Shown in pieces: positions 47,357-55,920 of a stretch of 64,000 nt of DNA; position 1 is the stretch's first letter; each line of letters starts with the position of its first letter. The notes beneath the pieces were generated by a model. It had not been told where the DNA came from. It searched no databases and was given only the letters and a program-made list of their open reading frames with translations. This DNA is from Candidatus Krumholzibacteriota bacterium (lineage in GTDB: Bacteria > Krumholzibacteriota > Krumholzibacteriia > JAJRXK01), in contig CAVSGG010000005.1 of NCBI GenBank assembly GCA_963727455.1, positions 66,081 through 130,080 on the forward strand, given 5' to 3'. The position numbers were made by a program, and so were the translations under genes.

Positions 47357-48592
47357 CTAGATTTTCCAGTACCTGCGGCGGCGGTGTAGCTCGCCGCAGA
47401 TTACGGCCCACAATACGACCACCCCCAGTGCATACAGAAGCGATCCCCAGAGCGGCCCGGCCCAGCTCGCAAAGTACTGTTCGTAGAGGAAACGCTTGAT
47501 AGCCTGTCCGGTGTGTGACCCGAAGGGCACGCGCAGGTACACGCTGGCGGTCGCGAGCAGGCTAGAGAAGAAGAAGGCGGTGATGGCATTGCGGCCGTAC
47601 CACACGAAGGGCTGCACGAGTTTGACGGGCCCGCGCCTATCCAACCACGCCCGCAGAAGGGCGAAGACCAAAAGCGCCGCGCCGGCCGTTGCCACTACGT
47701 AACTCGGTGTCCACAGGCGCTTGTTCCAGTCGATCCAGTGGCGGCTCAGGACTCCAAGAGCGATGAGACAGCACGAAGAGAGAATCCAACGCAGCAAGAA
47801 AGGTGGCAGCGCCCCATCCTTGGCGCCCTCTTCCCCGTGTATGGATGCGAGCAAGGCACGGCCGGTAGCAACTCCCAAAAGCGATGTGACCACAGCGCCC
47901 AGGGTGCTCACGAGGCCTTCGGGATCGAAGGCCCACAGCAGGACGCCGGTCTTGGGATCACTCACGTGGAGCAGGCAGTGGATCCCGAAGACTCTGGTGT
48001 CGACATAGGCGCACAGGTTGGAGTAGACCGCGTGGTAGCTGCCGTCGCTTGCGCGTAGTGGAATCGAGAGATCCGGCATGCCGAAGCCCGGGATGCTGAC
48101 GCGCGTGAGGAGCAGACCGTATCCCAGAAGGAGCACGAGGGAGAGCGCGAACATACTGCGCCAACGAGGCAAGTACAGCTGGACCAGGCTGGCCAAGAAA
48201 TACACCAGTCCGATGCGAAAGAGTACGCTGGGAATCCGCGCGTCCAACAGCGCGTGAGGACTCGAAAGGCCACCCGAGAGGAGAATCCCGAAGCGGTTCT
48301 GCACCAGACCCAGGCCCACGAGGATCGCGCTGCGACTGAGGACGTGTCGTAGAAGTCTCCGCCGATTCTCTCCCTCTTGCAAACGACGCTCGAAGGAAAG
48401 CACCAGCGAGATGCCGACTGCGAAGAGAAAGAAGGGAAAGATCAGATCGGTGAAGGTGAGGCCGTTCCAGGGCGCGTGCCGCAACTGCGCAAACTGCGTC
48501 GCCTCACCCCAGTGCCCGGGGTTGTTCACCAGCAGCATGGCGGCCACCGTCGCGCCGCGAAAGACGTCGAGCGAGGGGAGGCGGTGGCTCAT
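47357..48592 (-). CDS. DUF5009/DUF1624 acyltransferase-like membrane protein (heparan-alpha-glucosaminide N-acetyltransferase-like)
   Basis: LPSLDVFRGATVAAMLLVNNPG, HAPWNGLTFTDLIFPFFLFAVGISL and about 10 TM helices. Confidence 0.6.
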   Translation of the reverse strand: MSHRLPSLDVFRGATVAAMLLVNNPGHWGEATQFAQLRHAPWNGLTFTDLIFPFFLFAVGISLVLSFERRLQEGENRRRLLRHVLSRSAILVGLGLVQNRFGILLSGGLSSPHALLDARIPSVLFRIGLVYFLASLVQLYLPRWRSMFALSLVLLLGYGLLLTRVSIPGFGMPDLSIPLRASDGSYHAVYSNLCAYVDTRVFGIHCLLHVSDPKTGVLLWAFDPEGLVSTLGAVVTSLLGVATGRALLASIHGEEGAKDGALPPFLLRWILSSCCLIALGVLSRHWIDWNKRLWTPSYVVATAGAALLVFALLRAWLDRRGPVKLVQPFVWYGRNAITAFFFSSLLATASVYLRVPFGSHTGQAIKRFLYEQYFASWAGPLWGSLLYALGVVVLWAVICGELHRRRRYWKI

Positions 48593-48608
48593 ACCTGCTG
48601 GAGCCGGT

Positions 48609-49316
48609 TCAGTCCGCGCGGGAGATTTTCAGGGATTCCATTCTCTCGCGTAGATCCGAGTATTCCTGCGCCGGGAGGATCTCCTCGGCGAGGGTCCAGG
48701 CGTCCGAATACCGTTCGGAGTTGAGGCCCTTGCTCAGAGTCTGAAAGAGACTGACGCGTTCGTGCGGAGCCAGGGCGGGAACGATGTCACGCAGCTCCTC
48801 CAGCTCCTGCTCCTCGGTCATGCTCGATCGCATCTGCAAAAGGACTTCCTGCAGTTCTTCCTTCGTGCACGACTGCCAGAGTTTGGTCATCGTGCGTTCC
48901 TCTTCGTCCATGTGATCGAGATAGCGCGAGATGAAGCGCTGCAAAGCACGGTAGAACTCATGGCCGAAGACCCGGCAGTGCTGCATTTTTCCCGGGTTGG
49001 AATTGATGTCGTCATAGAATGCTTCCAGTTCGGCCAGATTCGTGCGCAGGTCGGAGTGCTCTCCCTCGAGAAACTCCGCCTCGCCGGGAAACTTCGACTG
49101 CAGAAAGGGATGAATGAACTCGCTCTCGTGACGCGCGTGCATGCGAAGCATACGGCTGATGCGCCGGAACTCCGCCCCGAGATCATCGACCGCATCCGGG
49201 TCGCAGAATTCGGTGATTCCCACTCGCTCGGAAAAGTTGAAGAGTCGCCGCCGATGGCCTTTGTGGGTGGCAGTATAGAAGTCCAGGCGGTCCTCATGAT
49301 CACGATCGTTCATCAT
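48609..49316 (-). CDS. hemerythrin-like metal-binding domain protein
   Basis: Spaced His/Glu ligand pattern: HKGHRR, HARHESEFIHP, EHSDL, HEFY and YLDHMDEEE. ATG 49316 follows a GGAGAG RBS. The longer ORF to 49481 is unsupported. Confidence 0.55.
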   Translation of the reverse strand: MMNDRDHEDRLDFYTATHKGHRRRLFNFSERVGITEFCDPDAVDDLGAEFRRISRMLRMHARHESEFIHPFLQSKFPGEAEFLEGEHSDLRTNLAELEAFYDDINSNPGKMQHCRVFGHEFYRALQRFISRYLDHMDEEERTMTKLWQSCTKEELQEVLLQMRSSMTEEQELEELRDIVPALAPHERVSLFQTLSKGLNSERYSDAWTLAEEILPAQEYSDLRERMESLKISRAD

Positions 49317-49496
49317 CACTCTCCAGAGGCGGGCCGGGCGTCGAGGCGCCCACAAGAAGCGTTCTCTCGGCTCGAGACAGTCCGAGGGGACAATCTGAGT
49401 GGGGATAAGATGCAACACCCCCGCAGGCTTCGCCACCGGGCTGCCCGCGTCGGGGAGCGCCCTGAAAACGACAATTTTCATTTCTTCCCTTTACAG

Positions 49497-49512
49497 CCAA
49501 ACGATTGTTTCG
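49497..49512. promoter_or_regulatory. imperfect palindrome CCAAACGATTGTTTCG (AAAC-N4-GTTT), candidate LexA operator 1
   Basis: Read directly upstream of dinB. It has the same half-site spacing as the CGAAC-N4-GTTCG SOS box of Firmicutes. Confidence 0.3.
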
Positions 49513-49525
49513 TATTGTAGGCTCT

Positions 49526-49541
49526 ACAAACAGGAGTTTGT
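49526..49541. promoter_or_regulatory. perfect-arm palindrome ACAAAC-AGGA-GTTTGT, candidate LexA operator 2
   Basis: The 6-nt arms are perfectly complementary. It lies 65 nt upstream of the dinB GTG. Confidence 0.35.
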
Positions 49542-49605
49542 GATACCTCGCGGCTCCGTTTGTGGCCCGAGGAACGCCCCAACTCGTTGTGGAAGAGGAT
49601 CTTCC

Positions 49606-50886
49606 GTGAATTTCCCGGCTCAGAGCCCTTGGTTTGCACACGTCGATTTGGACGCCTTCTACGCCTCGGTGGAGGTTTTGGACTTTCCGCAGCTTCGAGG
49701 GCTTCCCGTGGCTGTGGGAGGCCCAGCTCAGGGCCGTGGGGTCATCGCGGCCGCCTCCTACGAAGCACGCCAATTCGGCGTGCGCAGTGCGATGCCCACG
49801 GCCCGCGCGCTCTCCCTCTGTCCGCAGCTCGTGCTGCGCGCGGGCCGCATGGGTCGCTACCAGGAGCTCAGCGAGCGGGTGTTTGGCATCGTGCGCGAGC
49901 TCAGCCCTCGCATCGAGATGGTCTCACTCGACGAGGCCTTCCTAGATCTGGCCGGCTGCGAGCGACTGCATGCACCCTGGAACGAGTTTGCGTTGCGCCT
50001 ACGACGACGCGTCCATGCCGAAACGGGGCTGTGGATGTCCATAGGAATCGGGGAGACGCGACGGATCGCCAAGATCGGCAGCGCCCTGCGCAAGCCACGC
50101 GGAGTGGTGCTGGTTCCCCGTGGCGCCGGGCGTTCCTTTCTGGCGCCCCTGCCGGTCGAGTATCTCTGGGGCGTGGGAGCCAAACTCGGTGCGCGGCTCC
50201 ACGAACATGGTTATGCCACCATCGGTGATCTCGCCGCAAGTTCGCACGCGGTTTTACGTGCGCAGTTCGGCAAGATGGGCAGTAGCCTCCTGGAAATGGC
50301 CCAGGCGCGCGAGTTGGGACACATCGATCCCGCGCGCCGCGCCAAGAGCGTGAGCCACGAACTCACCTTCGCGCGCGATCTTCACGGTGAGGCCGAGCTT
50401 CTGCCGGTGCTCTTGAAGTTCAGCGAAAAGATCGCCTACCGTCTGCGCCGGTCCGGCTGCGTAGGACGCGTCGTGCAGCTCAAGATCCGCGACAACACTT
50501 TCCATACCCTCACGCGCCGCGTCACCCTGACTGCCCCCAGCTCTTCGGAAAATGAAATCTACAAAACGGCCCAAGTTCTCCTGCGTCAGCTGAGCTGGGG
50601 TCAACGCCCCGTGCGCCTCATTGGATTGGGAATGCACGAGATCAGCCACGAGAGGGTGTCACAGGGAGAATTGTTCGCTCAAGGAAACGATCAGCTCGAC
50701 TCGAAGCTCGCGAAGACCCTCGACCGCCTGCATACCCGCTACGGCGGTGATGCCATCGGCCGCGCGCGCACCTTGCTGCGTCACACCGATAATTCCGCTT
50801 CCTGGGAAGCCGTCGCCTGGGAAAAGTCTCCAAGCCAAGTTCTCCCGTCCCGTGACGAACGAGGAGCAGACCATGATGGAAAGTAG
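49606..50886 (+). CDS. dinB: DNA polymerase IV (Y-family)
   Basis: HVDLDAFYASVE and VSLDEAFLDL catalytic motifs. The little finger ends in RLIGLGMHEIS...QGELF. No ATG precedes the conserved N-terminus, so GTG 49606 with a GGAAGAGGA RBS is used. Confidence 0.9.
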   Translation: MNFPAQSPWFAHVDLDAFYASVEVLDFPQLRGLPVAVGGPAQGRGVIAAASYEARQFGVRSAMPTARALSLCPQLVLRAGRMGRYQELSERVFGIVRELSPRIEMVSLDEAFLDLAGCERLHAPWNEFALRLRRRVHAETGLWMSIGIGETRRIAKIGSALRKPRGVVLVPRGAGRSFLAPLPVEYLWGVGAKLGARLHEHGYATIGDLAASSHAVLRAQFGKMGSSLLEMAQARELGHIDPARRAKSVSHELTFARDLHGEAELLPVLLKFSEKIAYRLRRSGCVGRVVQLKIRDNTFHTLTRRVTLTAPSSSENEIYKTAQVLLRQLSWGQRPVRLIGLGMHEISHERVSQGELFAQGNDQLDSKLAKTLDRLHTRYGGDAIGRARTLLRHTDNSASWEAVAWEKSPSQVLPSRDERGADHDGK

Positions 50887-52252
50887 CCCCACGCTGCCCA
50901 CTCTCTTGCGTCTCGACCGCGCCTGGCTCGAACTCCATGGACGAGAGGAGGCTGCGCACAAGATGCGAGAGAGCTCATGCCAGGGAATTCTCCTCGAGTG
51001 GGGTGATACCCCCAGCGGCCTCTTTTCTTTGCTGGAGATGGCGACGAGAGTTCCCTGCACGCTCTTGCCCGGGAGATGGATGCCAGCGCGGCCCGAGGCC
51101 AACGGCGGTTTCGGTGATACGGCCAAGATTCTCTGGCTGGCGCGCAGCGACGCGGCTCTGCAGGGTTTGCTCAGCGGAGTGAAACTCAGCGAGGACGAGC
51201 TCGACGGTGTGGCGCGCGCTCACGAACCACTCGCTCTCCTGGGAGTTCCCGGCGACGTGCTTCGCCCGGCCACGTCCTTTCACGACGAGGGGATTCGTCA
51301 GCGCGCGCAGAAGTGGATCGGGAGCCTGGGAGCCGATCGCGTGGCTCTGGCCATCCTCCGGCGCGAGGGCGATCCCCTGGAGGGATTGGCCCGGGAGTGG
51401 GGACTGCCGGCACTGCGCCTGACGAACGTCGACGAGGAGGAGTCCGCGGACTCGCCGAAGTCTGCCGCACTGGCTCCCATTCTGTGCACCGACTTTCAAC
51501 TCGATCGCGAGTACCGATTGCCCGACGATGCCTACGTTCCCACGCTGCGGGACCTACTGCATCGCGGGAGCCTTCTGCGGGAGCGCTGCCTCTACGAGAG
51601 TCTGCCCGAAAATTGGCGACAAAGCGCGAACGCGGAGCTTGAACTCCTCAACGAATGGATGCTCGGACCCTTGATGCGGCGGGCCGGAGCGTTGATCCAG
51701 ACCTTGCTGCCGGTGGCAGGGGTGACGGTGGAGGCGCCCTTGGCCCAGGTGGGAGGGATCTGTGCCTGGCTGCTCGGACTGAGCGAACGCCGACCCGCGC
51801 GAGAAGGCCGCCTCCCCGATCCCGAGGTGACGGCCACCGCACTGGCCCGCTCGCTGGCGGAATGGGAGCGGCGGCTGACCGCGCAAGTGAACACCGAGGC
51901 CTGGCCGCGGCTTCAGGGCCGGCTTCTTCCGTGGCTCGAGGGCGGGCTTTTGGCCGCGTGCCCGGAAACACCGCAGGGCGGAAGGCGCTTCTGCTTCAGT
52001 GGACGTGCACTTTGGTCGCGTCTTCCGCTCCTGCGCGATCACGACGGAATTCCGCGGGTACGGCTTTTCGAAGCGGACCGCCGTGCCTTAGGATGGTTCG
52101 AGCTGGAGCTGCGTGCGGCCGTAAGTAGCAAATCCCCGCGGGTGTCCACGGGGAACTCCGGCCGGACCGCAACGGTTCGCGAACTGGCACCGCCCTGCTT
52201 CGGTGCGTCGGAGCAACTAGAGCTCGGCCTGAGACTCGAACACTCGGGCTGA
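50873..52252 (+). CDS. degenerate, truncated DnaE-like (PHP plus start of palm) protein with C-terminal QLELGL motif
   Basis: By-eye colinearity with the DnaE N-terminal ~400 aa: ILWLARSDAALQGLL, WGLPALRLTNVDEE, ILCT, NAELELLNEWMLGP and GVTVEAPLAQVGGICAWLLGLS. The PHP His motif and the PDFDVDF Asp motif are not conserved. A GAGGAG RBS precedes the start, which overlaps the dinB end by 14 nt. Confidence 0.4.
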   Translation: MMESSPTLPTLLRLDRAWLELHGREEAAHKMRESSCQGILLEWGDTPSGLFSLLEMATRVPCTLLPGRWMPARPEANGGFGDTAKILWLARSDAALQGLLSGVKLSEDELDGVARAHEPLALLGVPGDVLRPATSFHDEGIRQRAQKWIGSLGADRVALAILRREGDPLEGLAREWGLPALRLTNVDEEESADSPKSAALAPILCTDFQLDREYRLPDDAYVPTLRDLLHRGSLLRERCLYESLPENWRQSANAELELLNEWMLGPLMRRAGALIQTLLPVAGVTVEAPLAQVGGICAWLLGLSERRPAREGRLPDPEVTATALARSLAEWERRLTAQVNTEAWPRLQGRLLPWLEGGLLAACPETPQGGRRFCFSGRALWSRLPLLRDHDGIPRVRLFEADRRALGWFELELRAAVSSKSPRVSTGNSGRTATVRELAPPCFGASEQLELGLRLEHSG

Positions 52253-52280
52253 AGGGAAATCTCATCTGGAGGGGAAACGA

Positions 52281-52943
52281 GTGAGAAAACCAACTCGAGA
52301 ATTGACGTCGCGCCAAGGAGAGGTTCTCGAGGCGCTCTGCCAGTGGATGAAAGACCACGGCTACCCTCCGAGTATCCGTGAGTTGGGAGAGGCGGTCGGT
52401 CTCTTGAGCACGCGCAGCGTGCACGACCATCTTCGCCAGCTGGAACGGAAGGGGTTTATCCGCCGTCGCCGTGATCACTCGCGTGCGATCGAGATCCTGA
52501 AGATGCCGAAGGGAACCCGAAAGCCGCGTCGCGCTCCGGTTGTCCGGGAAGGGCGACACGTGAGAGTTCCGATCATTGGGGAGGTGGCGGCGGGTAGCCC
52601 CATCCTCGCCGAGGAGCGGATCGACGGCGAACTCGAGTGCGATGTCTCGATGGTACCCGACCCCAACTGTTATCTTCTGCGGGTGCGGGGAGAGTCGATG
52701 ATCGGCGCACACGTGTGCGACGGCGACCTCATTCTGGTGCGGCCCCAGCAGGAGGCCCGCAACGGCGAGATCGTGGTGGTGCTCATCGAGGACTCGGTGA
52801 CTTTGAAGCGTTTTTACCGCCGCGAGGGCTACGTCGAGCTGAAGCCCGAAAACGGCCAGATGGCGTCCATCCTCCTCACGCCGGAGATGGGGCACGCGCG
52901 TATTTTGGGGAAGCTCATGGGAGTGATCCGGCGCTATTACTGA
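52281..52943 (+). CDS. lexA: LexA repressor
   Basis: Winged-HTH region YPPSIRELGEAVGLLSTRSVHDHLRQLERKGFIRR, Ala-Gly cleavage site in GEVAAGSP, Ser in GESMIGA and Lys in TLKRFY. The GTG start follows a GGAGGGG RBS, 28 nt after the preceding stop. Confidence 0.93.
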   Translation: MRKPTRELTSRQGEVLEALCQWMKDHGYPPSIRELGEAVGLLSTRSVHDHLRQLERKGFIRRRRDHSRAIEILKMPKGTRKPRRAPVVREGRHVRVPIIGEVAAGSPILAEERIDGELECDVSMVPDPNCYLLRVRGESMIGAHVCDGDLILVRPQQEARNGEIVVVLIEDSVTLKRFYRREGYVELKPENGQMASILLTPEMGHARILGKLMGVIRRYY

Positions 52944-53057
52944 ATGCGCGGGTCTTCCAGCAGAAGAACGGTCCCGCCGGGCGCGACTTCGGGAGCGGAA
53001 GCCAGTCCTTGCGCTCAATGGACCTTCTGTCTAGCCTAGGGGCCCATTGCCTTGGGC

Positions 53058-53134
53058 GGCCCCATCGTCTAGTCAGGTCAGGACACCACCCTTTCAAGGT
53101 GGGTACACGGGTTCGAATCCCGTTGGGGCTGCCA
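53058..53134 (+). tRNA. tRNA-Glu (anticodon UUC), CCA encoded
   Basis: Hand fold. Acceptor GGCCCCA/TGGGGCT (G1-U72 wobble), anticodon stem CCACC/GGTGG with loop CTTTCAA, T arm ACGGG-TTCGAAT-CCCGT, then discriminator G and CCA. Confidence 0.9.
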
Positions 53135-53166
53135 ACCTACCCTCTGCTGCACACGCGGACTCGCCC

Positions 53167-53790
53167 TCAGAACACCCAGTTGACGATGGGGAGGATCGGC
53201 AGCTTCTCCTTGCTCTTGATGACGTTCACCAGCCCGATCTGCAGCCCGTGCATGTTGTTGGTCATGTTCACCAGTCCGAACTGCAGCCCATTCATGTCCT
53301 CGGTCATGTTCACGAACCCCAGCATGAGGCCTTTGCTGTGGCCATTTTGCACCAAGTTCGCCGCACCCCACTGCCAGCCCTGGAAATCTGCATCGGCGAG
53401 GTTGATGAAGCCCCACTGGATTCCCTCCATGCCGGCGGCCTGGTTGTAAAAGCCCCACTGCATCCCCTGCACGTCTCCCTTGGTGTAGTTGACGAAGCTC
53501 CACTGGAGTCCAGCGGCGGTGCCGTCCACCACATTCGCGATCCCCAAGGCCACTCCGGTGAAGGGGCCGGTGGTCAACAGCCCCAGACCGAAGTCGATGC
53601 CCTGAACCTCGGAATTGCGGCCCACGATGGCCAGGCGCACCCCGTGGATGGCAGTCTGCTCGGAGAAGAGCTGGACCGAGGGGACCAGGGAGAGCTGGAT
53701 GGGACGGGCCTCCTCTGCCTTCGCCGGACCGGGCAGGAGCAGTCCGGCAAGCAGCGTAAGAGCCAGCGCAAAGCGAGCGGCACGTTTCAT
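53167..53790 (-). CDS. secreted repeat protein with about ten 12-18-aa xxGxQ(W/F/I)G(F/L)xN repeats, C-terminal Phe
   Basis: ATG 53790 follows a GGAGGA RBS. Signal peptide FALALTLLAGLLLPGPAKA. Repeats include VQGMQWGFYNQAAG, MEGIQWGFINLADAD, MNGLQFGLVNMTNN and MHGLQIGLVNVIK. The protein ends in NWVF. Confidence 0.7.
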   Translation of the reverse strand: MKRAARFALALTLLAGLLLPGPAKAEEARPIQLSLVPSVQLFSEQTAIHGVRLAIVGRNSEVQGIDFGLGLLTTGPFTGVALGIANVVDGTAAGLQWSFVNYTKGDVQGMQWGFYNQAAGMEGIQWGFINLADADFQGWQWGAANLVQNGHSKGLMLGFVNMTEDMNGLQFGLVNMTNNMHGLQIGLVNVIKSKEKLPILPIVNWVF

Positions 53791-53949
53791 GGGATGATCC
53801 TCCAAAGGAATGGTGTTGGTCGATGCGACCGGGGAACTCCGGCAGGCTAGCACGCAGTGCTTTGTCCGCATAGGGCAATGAGTGGGCGACGCGGCAGCCG
53901 TATTCCATTCGTTGACAGCAAGCATTGCCACTGGCAGGATCGGTCCATC

Positions 53950-54576
53950 ATGATCGACCTGAGAACTTACGCATTTCTTGACGTACTCCAGCCACAGCTC
54001 GCGGCCGCAGTGGGCACCACCTGCCGTGGCTTTCAGCCCGTTCCCGGGGTAGCTTCTCTCTGGGTGGAGATCGCGCCGGCGATCCGTATCCACGAGGTTC
54101 TCGACGCGGCGCTCAAGAGTACCGCGGTTCGCCCCGCCACCATCGCTACCGAGCGCGCCTTCGGGCTGTGCGAGGTGAATCACTTCGATCAGGGAGAGGT
54201 TCGCGAAGCTGGCGCGAGCATCCTGCGAGCCCTGGGGAAGTCGGAAAGCGACCGCGCGAAGCCCCGGCTCGTCTCCTCCACCGTGATTCGTGGGGTGGAG
54301 CCCTACCACACCCAGCTCATCAACCGCACGCGCTTCGGCGCCATGATCGTGCCCGGGGAATCGCTGCTCATTCTGGAGACGGAACCGGCCGCGTACTGCA
54401 TGCTCGCAGCCAACGAAGCCGAGAAGGCGGCTCCGGTGCGATTGGTCGACTCCAATCCCATCGGCGCCTTCGGCCGCCTCTACATGTGCGGGGGAGAGGC
54501 CGAGATCGACGCGGCACGAGCGGCGGCGGAAAAGGCCCTGAAGAGTCTCAACGGTCGCGACCTCCAGCACTCCTAG
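53950..54576 (+). CDS. tandem BMC-domain-like protein (BMC-T-like shell protein homologue)
   Basis: There are two halves, each with a BMC-like pattern: [28 protein letters not shown]...[11 protein letters not shown] and [30 protein letters not shown]...[17 protein letters not shown]. The family call is by pattern memory only. Confidence 0.45.
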   Translation: MIDLRTYAFLDVLQPQLAAAVGTTCRGFQPVPGVASLWVEIAPAIRIHEVLDAALKSTAVRPATIATERAFGLCEVNHFDQGEVREAGASILRALGKSESDRAKPRLVSSTVIRGVEPYHTQLINRTRFGAMIVPGESLLILETEPAAYCMLAANEAEKAAPVRLVDSNPIGAFGRLYMCGGEAEIDAARAAAEKALKSLNGRDLQHS

Positions 54577-54591
54577 ACCCGTCGAGCAATC

Positions 54592-55854
54592 CTAGACGCT
54601 GATGGCGGGCTCCTCCGCGTAAATCTGTACGAGATTCAAGAGAGTTGCCGTCGCCAGCGCCATGGCGCGGTCGCTCACCCACTCTTTTGGCCCGTGGAAG
54701 TTCATGCCCCCCGCGAAGAGATTCGGAGTGGGCAGTCCCATCGCGGTGAGCTGCGATCCGTCCGTTCCACCACGGACCGCCACCGTGCGCGGAGTCAGTC
54801 CGGTGGCCTCGATGGCCTGGCGCAAGGTTTCCGCAATCTTGGGATGCTTGGCCAGATCGTCGTGCATGTTGCGGTATTGCTCACTGATCGCGACTTCGAC
54901 CCGCAGTTTCGGTTCCTCAGCCATCAGGCCCTCGGCCATCGCCCGCAGCCGCTGTCCCCTGAGCTTCAATTGCTCGGTGTCGAAGTCTCTGAGGATGAGT
55001 TCAAGGCTGCACTCGGCGGCATCTCCTTTGGCCGCGGTGGGGTGGTAGAATCCCTCCTTCTCGTGGGTGCACTCCGGACTCTCGGCCCAAGGCAGGCGAT
55101 CGAGGAATTTTCCCAGCCAGGTCAGCGCATTCACCATCTTGCCTCGCGCGGTTCCCGGATGCACGGAAACCCCGGTAAACTTCAGCATGGCCTTGTCCGC
55201 GGAGAAGGTCTCCACGTTCATCTCGCCGGGGAAGCCGCCGTCGACGGTGAAACAGAGATCGGCGGCGAAGCGCTCGAGGGGGAAGCGGTGCGGACCGCGT
55301 CCGATCTCTTCGTCGGGATTGAAGCAGATTTTAAGGGTGGGATGCGCGATCGACGGATCCCGCTTCAGAATTTCCAGCATGCTCATGATCGCCGCGATAC
55401 CCGACTTGTCGTCGGCGCCCAAGAGGGTGGTACCATCGGAAGTGATGATCGTGTCGCCCAGGCATTCCAGCAGTTCGGGGTTCTCGACGGAATCGACCAC
55501 CACGCCATTCTTCAAGCTGATCGCGGTCCCGTCGTAGTCCTCGTGCATCTGCGGTTTCACCTGAGTTCCCGAAAAGGCGGGGGCGGTATCGAGATGCGCG
55601 CACAGGCCCAGGACCATGTCGCCGCTTCCCTCGAGGGTTGCCAGTACGTAACCGTTTTCGTCCAGCTCGACTTCGCTCAGACCGAGCTGGGTGAGTTCCT
55701 CCGCCAAGAGCCGCGCCAGATCGAGCTGCTTCGCAGTGGAGGGACAGCTATCGCTCTCCTCGGAAGACTGGGTGTCGATCTGAACATACCTTAGAAAACG
55801 GTCGACTAATCCTGTTGTCTGCAAGATCTCGGCTGGATCACGATGTGCGCGCAT
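54592..55854 (-). CDS. pepT: peptidase T (tripeptide aminopeptidase, M20B)
   Basis: VDRFLRYVQIDTQS, CAHLDTAP and LLGADDKSGIAAIMS. ATG 55854 follows an AGGAG RBS. The intergenic hairpin excludes the longer start at 55896. Confidence 0.9.
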   Translation of the reverse strand: MRAHRDPAEILQTTGLVDRFLRYVQIDTQSSEESDSCPSTAKQLDLARLLAEELTQLGLSEVELDENGYVLATLEGSGDMVLGLCAHLDTAPAFSGTQVKPQMHEDYDGTAISLKNGVVVDSVENPELLECLGDTIITSDGTTLLGADDKSGIAAIMSMLEILKRDPSIAHPTLKICFNPDEEIGRGPHRFPLERFAADLCFTVDGGFPGEMNVETFSADKAMLKFTGVSVHPGTARGKMVNALTWLGKFLDRLPWAESPECTHEKEGFYHPTAAKGDAAECSLELILRDFDTEQLKLRGQRLRAMAEGLMAEEPKLRVEVAISEQYRNMHDDLAKHPKIAETLRQAIEATGLTPRTVAVRGGTDGSQLTAMGLPTPNLFAGGMNFHGPKEWVSDRAMALATATLLNLVQIYAEEPAISV

Positions 55855-55886
55855 GGTGGAAACTCCTGGAAGAAGGGAACGAGAGA

Positions 55887-55913
55887 GGCCCGTCACGCTC
55901 CGCGTGACGGGCC
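55887..55913 (-). terminator. 12-bp perfect hairpin between the POT transporter stop and the pepT start
   Basis: GGCCCGTCACGC-tcc-GCGTGACGGGCC read directly. On the minus strand it is followed by a pyrimidine-rich stretch without a clean U-tract. Confidence 0.4.
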
Positions 55914-55920
55914 CTTTGAG

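Noticed and set aside
51996-53018. 340-aa minus-strand ORF spanning lexA.
   Set aside because: It is antisense to a complete LexA with cleavage-site and catalytic residues. It would also run over the X/lexA junction.
53791-54570. Upstream 260 codons of the 467-aa minus-strand track ORF.
   Set aside because: The repeat protein has its own GGAGGA RBS, ATG and signal peptide at 53790. The extension overlaps the BMC-like gene and has antisense-type composition.
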